In this document: positions 25,244 to 35,243 of the stretch, piece after piece | Layout: the number at the start of each line of letters is the position of its first letter | Numbering within the stretch: the first letter of the stretch is position 1 | NCBI GenBank assembly: GCA_950097015.1 | Contig: CATNEN010000003.1 | Span: 10,230,001 to 10,294,000 of the forward strand | Source: Macrostomum hystrix | Lineage: Eukaryota; Animalia; Platyhelminthes | Direction of reading: 5' to 3' | Length of the DNA stretch: 64,000 bases | Position numbers and translations under genes: made by a program | Notes under the pieces: model-generated | Databases searched by the model: none | Told to the model about the DNA's origin: nothing | The model's input: only the letters and a program-made list of their open reading frames with translations

Positions 25244-25929
25244 GCCGGTTATCTTTCTTTTAGTGAGGCCTTGTTTAAAACTAGTCACTGAAACAGGAAG
25301 GAAGACAAATAAAAAACATGTAAAATTGATAATACTTAGTTTTATAGGAAATGTGATAAGTCCCACCTTCATAAACAGCTGTAGACAGACCACATGAGCG
25401 TTTAGGTAGGCACGAAGCCCATGAGAGACAGTCTTCTAAGCTAACTGCAGGTTTATATTTTTAAAGCTTTGGGGTGGCGCCGACACGCACCCCAGCACGT
25501 GTTCTAGATTTCCAAAAAATATGTGGTTATTTAAAATACTCAGGTAATATTTTACTGTCAAATGGTCAAGGTGTGAAACTACACCTCAATTAAATGGGGA
25601 AGGCGTGAAATTACACCCTAATTAAGTAATCGTGTTGCGATAAGACACCTTAATTAAATGGGTAGGGTTTAAAGCGGTATCTTAATTGAACACTTGATTC
25701 CAAAAATTCTATACATTGTACACAGAGGCAAGAAAAAAATAATTTTAAAGTACAAAACCCTAAGAAGGATAATAAAAAGCGTCTAGTCTATTTTTCAGTC
25801 TCGTATATTTATCGTTACTAATCAATATATGGACGCTTGCTGTTGAATTGAAAATAATCTGAATATTTTCAGTTCTAAAAAAAGAATAAAGAAAACCAAG
25901 TGCCCTACGGTGAGAGAAGCCTAGCAGTC

Positions 25930-28125
25930 TTATTCGTCATATTTGCATCTGTCAGCTTCCGGCATTATTGACCAATTAGGCGAAGCCACGTGACCAGCCA
26001 GATGATTGAAATCCTGGATGCGATCCCATTGGTTGCGCTCCCAGTTTAAGCCGGATTCTATCACGTGACTTGGCAAATCGGCATAGTTTAAACTATAAGG
26101 CGCCGTTAGGATGTCGTGACAGTCTTCAATTATAGGCGTAGAAGAGACTCGGAGATACAATCTGCATCTGGTGCTGCTGTGAAGTCTCAGCTGATGACAG
26201 CCCACAACTAGATTACAGTCGGTGCATTTCTCGATGAAGACGGATCGATGGACAGGTCCGCACAGTACGGTGCAGTTGGTTAGCCGATGCAGGTGCAAAA
26301 TAGCTGGATGGCCAAATAAGCGAACTGTGCAATTAGTCAGGTTGCTAAGTAGGATGTCTTTGCCAGCTAGGGCTTCAGATGATAGTGACACTGTTTCACC
26401 TGTGAGATCGTGCAGTGTTGGCTGCAGATCCGGCTGTCGGGGTGGCGGCTGCTGCTGCGGCTGCTGCTGCAGAGGCTTCGAAGCAATCACGGTATTGGCG
26501 GGTTTTGAACGATTGGCAGACGAAGAGCTAAAAGCGAATTTTTTCTTCGGAACAACTCGTTCTCTAAAACAAAATGGGCATTGTAGAATATTAGCTAGTT
26601 AAAAATGTTCAAGTCTGAAATGTGTGTCAATTTATCTGATTACTTCGTCACTTCATTCAGTAAAGTGTCATTTTTTTGATTAGCTTAATTAGAAATGTGT
26701 CTGATATTTTATCTAATTAGTCAGCCAAACTATTCAGAAAGGTGTGATATTTTATCTAATTAGTCAGCCAACCCATTCAGAAAGGTGATTTTTTATCTAA
26801 TTAGTCAGCCAACCCATTTAGAAAGGTGTGATATTTTATTTAATTAGTCAGCCAACCCATTCAGAAAGGTGTGATTTTTTATCTAATTAGTCAGCCAACC
26901 CATTTAGAAAGGTGTGATATTTTATTTAATTAGTCAGCCAACCCATTCAGGAAGGTGTGATATTTTATCTAATTAGTCAGCCAATCCATTCAGAAAGGTG
27001 TGATTTTTTATCTAATTAGTCAGCCAACGCATTCAGATAGGTGAGACATTTTCTAGAATTAATCAGCAAACCCATTCAGAAAGGTGTGATATTTTATCTA
27101 ATTAATCAGCCAACGCATTCAGATAGGTGAGACATTTTCTAGAATTAGTCAGCCAACCCATTCAGAAAGGTGTGATTTTTTATCTAATTAGTCAGCCAAA
27201 CTATTCAGAAAGGTGTGATATTTTATCTAATTAGTCAGCCAACCCATTCAGAAAGGTGTGATATTTTATTTAATTAGTCAGCCAACCCATTCAGGAAGGT
27301 GTGATATTTTATCTAATTAGTCAGCCAACCCATTCAGAAAGGTGTGATTTTTTATCTAATTAGTCAGCCAACCCATTCAGAAAGGTGTGATATTGCATCT
27401 AACTAGTCAGCCAACCCATTCAGAAAGGTGTGATATTTCATCTAATTAGTCAGCCAACCCATTCAGAAAGGTGTGATATCTTATCTAATTAGTCTGCCAA
27501 CCCATTTAGAAAGGTGTGATATTTTATCTAATTAGTCAGCCAACCCATTCAGAAAGGTGTGATTTTTTATCTAATTAGTCAGCCAACCCATTCAGAAAGG
27601 TGTCATATTTTATCTAATTAATCAGCCAACCCATTAAGCAATTTGTGTTATTTTAAAATAATTATTAAGTCACTGTATTTAGGTGTAAATTTAAATAGTT
27701 ATTTATTAACCTTGGATATAAACATTACAAAACGGGACTAACCTAACTGCCGCCAATTTATTAGCCAGCTCTTCAACCCTATTCTTGGCCGTGGCGGACA
27801 CGTATGGCGGCAGGAATGGTACAGAATCAGAGTGATATCTCTGCAAACAGGCAATGCGATCGTTAATAGCCGCTAATCGATTATTGACTTCATTAGTCGA
27901 TAACGGTCCGGTTGTCAAGGCCTGGCTAGACTCTAAAGCTTCCATGTCTTCAACAATGGCCAGCCGTTCGGCTTCAAAAGCGGCTTCAAACGCTGTGTAC
28001 TGCTCGGCCTCTGATTTGCCCTCCGCTCTGGACGCACGCAGCTCCTCGATTCGACGCCGAATTTCAGCTTCGCGCGCCGTCATCTTGGCGGTCATCTCGG
28101 CTAGGCGAGAGTCGGCTGCGGACAT
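25930..28125 (-). CDS. TBCC: Tubulin-specific chaperone C, 2 exons, ~338 aa
   Basis: Exons 28125-27743 and 26563-25930 join in frame (1017 nt). N-terminal helical domain with FLPPY and PKKKFAF; C-CAP domain with CGPV..SVFI, GCHQLRLH, PIIEDC, APY, NQWDRIQDFNHL, SPNW. Confidence 0.94.
26700..27640. repeat. 43-44-bp minisatellite, TBCC intron
   Basis: Unit TTTTATCTAATTAGTCAGCCAACCCATTCAGAAAGGTGTGATA. Confidence 0.93.
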
Positions 28126-28239
28126 GGCTTTAGGAGATTATCCCAGCTGCAAGCGGTGCGGAGCGGTTGCTATAGTGATGCGTTAATATTGGCAACCAAC
28201 CGTATTATAGCTTTGCCGAGATACCTATATAGATCTCAA

Positions 28240-28830
28240 TCTAGAATCTAGTCTAAATCTAGTCTAGTCCAAGTCTACTTGATTTCTAGATCTAATCCTC
28301 AACATTATTCTAATACTAGATATCTAGATCTAATCCTCAACTCTATTCTAATCCTAGATCTCTATATCTAATTCACAACTCTATTTTAATACTTGATCTC
28401 TAGATCTACTCCTCAACATTATTCTAATACTTGATCTTTCTAGATCTAATCCTCAACTTTATTTTAATCCTAGATCTAATCTTCAACTTTATTCTAATCC
28501 TAGATCTCTAGATCTAGTTCACAACTCTATTCTAATCCTAGATCTCTAGATCTAATCTCCCACTCTATTCTAATCCTAGATCTCTAAATCTAATCTCCCA
28601 CTCCATTCTACTTCTAGATCTCTAGATCTAATCTCCCACTCAATTCTAATCCTAGATCTCTAGATCTAATCCCCCACTCAATTCTAATCCTAGATCTCTA
28701 GATCTAATCTCCCACTTAATTCTAATCCTAGATCTCTAGATCTAATCTCCCACTCTATTCTACTTCTAGATCTCTTAGATCTAATAATACTCTACTCTAT
28801 TGTTATCCTAACTATAGATCTAATATTCTA
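28240..28830. repeat. ~37-bp repeat with a palindromic AGATCT/CTAG core, upstream of TBCC
   Basis: Unit approximately TAGATCTCTAGATCTAATCTCCCACTCTATTCTAATCC. Confidence 0.85.
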
Positions 28831-29444
28831 CTTAAGTAAATTATTATCTAAAGATCTAAAGAGCAATAGTATATATCACGAGTACAAAAGCACAAGTAAT
28901 TTATTTTTATTTTACATGAACAACACATGGTACCACAATAGTTTGAACTTGCTCGCCAATGTTTCAAAGTTGCATTCTAAGAAATACAAAAAATCATGCC
29001 CATGTTACTGCAGTTTAATTGACTGGCACACAATAATTCACCATGGTTGCCGTGATTTTAGTCGCTTTACAAAAGAACACGATGAATTAAAAAAACATAC
29101 TAATTATTCGCAATTTACGTTTATAAAGCCAATGAGAAAAACAACCGTAAAGATTGAATTGTTTTTTTAAATAACACTGCGAAGATTATTAATGGCGAAT
29201 CACGGAATCAAGAATTAAAGAACATATTGGTGAAAAATGATTAAACAATGAGAAAGATTTGATTATTAAAGTAAAAGTAAATTCTAATGATGAAACAAAT
29301 TATTAATAACAACTTTTAAAGGTCAAACAAATTAGAGTCTAGTAGAACAGACTTAATTCAAGATCAGGCAGTATCGAGGACCGAAACTCCCTGTCATAAG
29401 GTTTTAAAAAATCTAAAAAAACGATCAGAAAGGGTCAGAAACCT

Positions 29445-30065
29445 CATAAAAGGACAAGTAAGGTCATAAAGGGACAAGAAAGGTTATAAAGGGACAAGTA
29501 AGGCCATAAAGGTACAATTAAGGTAACAAAGGGAAAAGTAAGGTCATAAAGGGACAATTAAGGTCACAAAGGGACAATGAAGATCATTAAGGGACAATTA
29601 AGGTCACAAAGGGACAAGTAAGGTCATAAAGCGACAATTAAGGTCACGAAGGGACAAGTAAGGTCATAAAGGGACAAGAAAGGTCATAAAGGGACAATTA
29701 AGGCCATAAAGGGACAATTAAGGCCATAAAGGGACAAGTAAGGTCATAAAGGGACGATTAAAGTCATAAAGGGACAATTAAGGTCACAAAGGGACAATTA
29801 AGGCCATAAAGGGACATGTAAGGTCATAAAGGGACGATTAAGGTCATAAAGGGACAAGTAAGGCCATAAAGGGACAATAAGGTCATAAAGGGACAATTAA
29901 GGTCATAAAGGGACAATTAAGGTCACAAAGGGACAATTAAGGCCATAAAGGGACATGTAAGGTCATAAAGGGACGATTAAGGTCATAAAGGGACAAGTAA
30001 GGCCATAAAGGGACAATAAGGTCATAAAGGGACAATTAAGGTCATAAAGGGACAATGAAATAAGG
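29445..30065. repeat. 20-bp minisatellite between PNN and TBCC
   Basis: Unit AAGGTCATAAAGGGACAATT. Confidence 0.93.
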
Positions 30066-30455
30066 TCACAGCCACAAAATATCGTCCCCTGTATTCTGTG
30101 GACACAACTAGCTTTTAAAGGGATAATAAAGATAAAGGAACTGTACATGTTCTAAAGGGAAAATTAAGGCAATTAAGGAGCAGTTACAATAGATGAATTA
30201 AGTCCACAATCATAATTATAATTTAGTATAACCCTAATTTTTAATTAAGGGACAGCTAAAGGTTTCACCGGGTCGACTAAAATCGGCTTTATTGAGATAT
30301 TAACAATTTTTAATCTATTTAGGCCTAACTCATCCCATAAATAATAAATTTTAGTTTTACGTCAGAGATAAGCAAAACATTTCTAAACAGAAAACAACAA
30401 CAAAAGTACACTTCCTTTGCTCAATAACAAAATGTCAGAAATCAGTTTAAAAAAA

Positions 30456-33400
30456 TTACGATTCATCACCGGCAGTATCGGCCGATGCTGACTGAGCCGA
30501 CTGTTGAGGCACCACAGCAACGGATGATAGCAACCGTTTGACTGGCTCAGGCCTGCTATTAGAGCTACTATCGGCTGTTAATTTTCGCTCCTTAGACGAT
30601 GCTTCAGTTTCAGTTCGATTAGCCAGAGAAGAAGCGGCAGCTGCGGCTGCGGCTGCGGTTGCCGATTCGGCAGCCTCCGCTAGAGCCCGATCGACAGCTT
30701 GTCGCAGTTTTTGTTCACGTTCAGCAATCTCCGAGTCGATCTGTTTGGCGCCGAGTTCGCGCCGGCGTTTGGCTCGATCGCAGAACACGCGCGGTCGATA
30801 GTACAGGCGGTAGGGATGGGCGTCAGCTAGGGTGCGGATGGAGCCGCGAAGCTGTTCTGCAGCGCGGCGCCAGGTGTTGTGGGATTCGACTAAACTCAAC
30901 TGCGGAGATGGGAATGAGAACAGGGCAAGATAGAATCGAAGAATACGGTGGAATCACACACAGACGAGTGGAATCGAATGAAGACAAGTGGAATCTAACA
31001 AAGAAATTTGGAATCGAATAAAGACGACTGAAATCGAATGAGGACAGGAGAAATTGAATGAGGACATTTGGAATCGAAAAAAGACGAGTGGAATCGAATT
31101 AGGACAGGGTGGAATCGAATAAAGACGACTGGAATCGAATGAGGACAAGTGGGACCGGGCGAGAAGAGATAGACACTAAAGAAGACAGGTGGAATTGAAC
31201 GAGTACAGGTGGAATCGAAAGAGGACAGGTAGAATCGAACGAAGACATGAGGAATCGAATGAGGACAGGTAGAATCGAACAAAGACATGAGGAATCGAAT
31301 GAGGATAGGTAAAGTCAAACGATGATAAATGAAGTCGAACAAGGACACGTCACAATAGAATCGAAGGAAGAAAGGTGGAACTGAATGAGGACAGGTGGCT
31401 TCGAACAAAGACAAGCGAAAGCGAATGAGAAAAAAAGCAAAATTGACTACGAGTAGAATCAATAAAAAACAGTTTTAAGTTGGCAGGTAACAATCACGAT
31501 TTGAATTTCCAAACCTGAGCTTCCAGAGCAGCAATCTCAATCTGTCGCCGCTTCCGTTCGCCAGTCAGATCGGCCAGATCCTGTCTCATTTTCTCCTTCT
31601 CGCGTTTGACGCTCTCTTCAACGCGCTGTTCAATCTGTCGCCTCTGCTGATAGCTCTCCTGTCGTTCTCGATCCTGTTCGGCCTGACTAAACTGTTTCAG
31701 AGTGCCGAGCATGACGCCAAACATTCGTCTATTTCTAGCCCTAATTTCGCTATCTTCAGTTGCCGAAGCCTCTTTAATGGCGGCCCGACGCGCGCGTTGA
31801 AATTCAGCTAGCGGAACAGCCGGCCTGGGCTGACAGATTGATTGGGAGAAAAAAAATTAGTTTAGGAAATAAAGCACTGGATTTTAAAAGTATCTTCACC
31901 TGTTCCTGCTGTTTATTAGCAGACATTGTAAGGCGCTGAAATACGCTAGCCTGACTACCGTAGGGTCGTTTAGCCGGAATTCCTGACGAATCTGAGGCAG
32001 CGTTGACGCCTGCACCATTCTCGGAGTCGCGTTTGACAGCTGTACGTCTGTTGATTTGTTTACAGTTTAACAGTTAAAAGATATATTTAACTTATATCTA
32101 AACAGCTATAAGCATTGGACTCCTAACCAACTAGTATGGACTTTAAGGATTACTGCCGATTCGCCGAATCCCGATTCGCCGATACCCGATTCGCCGAATC
32201 CCGATTTACCGAAATTCCCAATTCGTCGAATTCCTGATTCGCCGAAATTCCCAATTCCCGATTCGCCGAATTCCCTCTTTGCCGAAAAAATTCCTAAGAA
32301 CATGTTTTGCTGAGCTGCTAAAAAAATACAGTAGACTCCACGAATATTGGTCATTTGGTTTGGGATCTATTATGAAGTTGGCGGTGGGTATTTGAAATAG
32401 CTCCATGGCCTTTCTCTAGGGCAGGGGTCGGCATACTCCGGCCCGTGGGCCAGATGTGGCCCTCGAAGCTCCCAAATCCGGCCCGTTGCCCTTTCTGACA
32501 TCTACAGTGTCCTGTTTCATCTCTCTCGTGTCTAAATACTCCCGTGTCTCATCTCTCCAGTGTCGTATCTCTCCACTGTCTTATCTTACCCATGTCTCAT
32601 ATCTCCCGTGTCTCATCTCTCCTGTGTCTCATCTCTCCCATGTCTAATCTCTCTCATCTTATCTCTCCTGTGTCTCATCTTTCTGTGTCTCATCTCTCCT
32701 GTGTCTAATCTCCCCCATGTCTCATCTCTCCTGTGTCTAATCTCTCCCGTGTCTTATCTCTCCTGTGTCTTATCTCTCCTGTGTCTCATCTCTCCTGTGT
32801 CTAATCTCTCGCATGTCTCATCTCTACCCTATCTCATATTTATATAGTCAATGCGGCCCGCTGTCATCTTTTAGGTTCTCACTTTGGCCTGCCAGCAAAT
32901 AAGTTTGCCTACCCCTGCTCTAGGGGATGGATAAGAATAGTCTTTCTACTGTTAAGCAAGAAATTTTTAACCACCCTAACTATTACAGCTGGGTGAATAG
33001 CACAGCTAGTTTCTAGTTTGTCAGTAATAATTATAGATTTCAAGCATATATTCTTAAACTGCAAAAGAAGTTTTTTTTAATATTCTTTGAAAACAACACT
33101 TACAACATAATTTTATAGATAGAAAATTTCTTTCTTTCTATCTTTATATTTATATATCAGAAATAAAAAGACTGATAAAAAGTAATCCATTATTCTAATG
33201 ATTGCGATTGAAAACACTTTTATGTGAGAGTAGTATGTGCTTAAATTTTTTTCACTTCCTATTTTTAATAGAGTCAAAGAAGAAACAATTTCAATTTTGT
33301 GTTCTGCTTGCAAAATTGTATATTAAGCAAAAATTTTAGGAAAATATGTATGTCACTCATAGAGTTCTCAGTTTCATCAAAATGTATATATTTTCCCATT

Positions 33401-34469
33401 TGAATCATATAAATTCATTAGAATTTATTTAATAGCAAAGTTGAAAGCATTTTAATACTGTTTTCTTTATTAAATGTGAAGACAATGAGAATAGAAACAG
33501 CTTTCAAGTGCTAAGTTGTGCCACATGTTTTGATATAGCTCTTCAAACATTATAGGTATAAGGCTATGTCCACACTAAATTGTATCAAAATTATGAACCT
33601 TTTAACACCAAATTATATTTTATTTTGTAGCATTTCCTTTCTAGATTCCAGAATATACTTCACTTTTTTCGAATTCAACATAGTTTAGCTATATTTTACG
33701 TTTTAAAGTAGCAACTTTTTTACTTGTTCTTAAAACTTTCCCACTTTACTTTAACTCGACTTTCAGCTACTTCCGACCATGTGACCCCAACTTCAGAGCT
33801 AGAACTCAATATTATAACTTGTAATTATATTCTTTGAAAATTTGTAATTATCTTATATTATGCAAATATATCCATTTTTAAGCTGAATAAAAAATGACAC
33901 CAATCTTAATGTTTAATGTTTTATGGAAAAAATATCTTTGAAAAAAAATGTTCCTTAAAATTTTTTGAAGTACTCAGATTCCCTAATGAGTTTTGGCCAT
34001 TTAAAAAAGCAAAAAGTCAAAAATGTGAAAAACTTTTTTATTACTGAACTGAAGGATTTAAGTTAGGACTTTTTATGCTCATATTATGATAATCTATCAA
34101 AATGATTCAGGAAATTTTCAAGTTTTTCAAATCTCACTGAAGTCCCTAATTATAAATATAGAACAATCAAATCAGGCCTTAAGTTAGAAAACTAACGTAA
34201 CAAACAATTCTCTAGGATGGTCAAATTGTCACTTAAGCATACAATTACTTAATAATTATAGTGACTTGCAACCTTAAAAACATGGAAACTAAACTTAAAC
34301 CAGAGCTAGCTATATACAAAAATATTAAAAAAACTTACTTGCGGTCTTGTGGTTCCAAACTATGAACTGGTGGACCTCGAAGCTTTTGTAGTGATTCAGT
34401 TGCAGATTTAAGCTTTGATTTCGCATCAGAGAGATTCGATTGAAGTGACTTAAATAGCTCTTCTGCCAT
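30456..34469 (-). CDS. PNN: Pinin (Pinin/SDK/memA), 4 exons, ~345 aa
   Basis: Exons 34469-34339, 32047-31900, 31829-31515, 30899-30456 join in frame (1038 nt). Hallmark RNRRMFGVMLGTLKQF, coiled coil, and IRT...PYRLYYRP (RSB-like motif). Confidence 0.9.
30920..31420. repeat. Degenerate ~20-bp repeat, PNN intron 3
   Basis: Unit approximately GGAATCGAATGAGGACAGGT. Confidence 0.75.
32422..32917. mobile_element. Non-autonomous hAT (Charlie-like) MITE in PNN intron 1
   Basis: TIRs CAGGGGTCGGCATACT / AGTTTGCCTACCCCTG; perfect 8-bp TSD CTCTAGGG (32414-32421, 32918-32925); subterminal GGCCCG motifs; internal CT-rich minisatellite. Confidence 0.9.
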
Positions 34470-35243
34470 TATAAGAAAACTTTGCCTAGAACAAGGCACT
34501 GAAACTGAGTACCTAGGGCCAAGGCCTAACTTAAAAAAAACCTTAAGAAATGCAACTCGGGAAATAAAAATAGACCTAGCTGCCTCTAGCCTGTTATCCA
34601 AATATAGTAGCCTAAGAAAGCGAAATTGAAATTGAAATTATATATGCTGAACGCCAAAATATCTTTTCACTTGTCTACTAAGCAAGTGAGGTTTATTTAT
34701 TCTAATAATAAACTAAACCAAAAAATAGCCCATCACTTTAATTATTCACACTAATAAGTATTAAAATTTAGTTCACTCCAAGAAACAAAAGCTTAAAAAA
34801 CAATTGATGGTTAGGATAGCAATATGATGAATGACAAATTACAAGCTCTTGTGCGTTTACGCTGGTTTGTTCTTCGTGTCATAAGATGTTTATCATAAAA
34901 CACAAAACTCCGTTGCTTAAATTAACTTTTTTAGAAACATATCAGTAAAACAAACCTGTCACTCTTTGTATAAGAAAAGCTAAACAAAGAATTTCTGAAC
35001 TTTTTGTAATATTTTTGTTTTTAAAAGGAGAGCAATAAATAAATATTACAAGAAAAAAGTAAAAAGTTTAATTCACAAAATTTGCATGAAACCAGCCTCG
35101 AAACCAACGGATAGTCGCCTGCAACGGATTAATGAAGTTTTTCTATCCGTTATCTTTGGGAGATTGAAAGAAGTTTGTTCTGTGATTTGAAACTTTTCAT
35201 TACCTGGCCTATATTTGTATCGCTAAATATTGCTGTCTTATAA
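34470..35243. promoter_or_regulatory. Putative bidirectional promoter region between PNN and DNAJC8
   Basis: Divergent start codons 774 bp apart; AT-rich and repeat-free; three AACGGAT/ATCCGTT motifs at about 35106-35151. Confidence 0.6.

Noticed and set aside
32143-32290. TTAA-flanked element with CGATTCGCCGAA repeats
   Set aside because: It resembles MITE subterminal repeats, but I found no matching second terminus.
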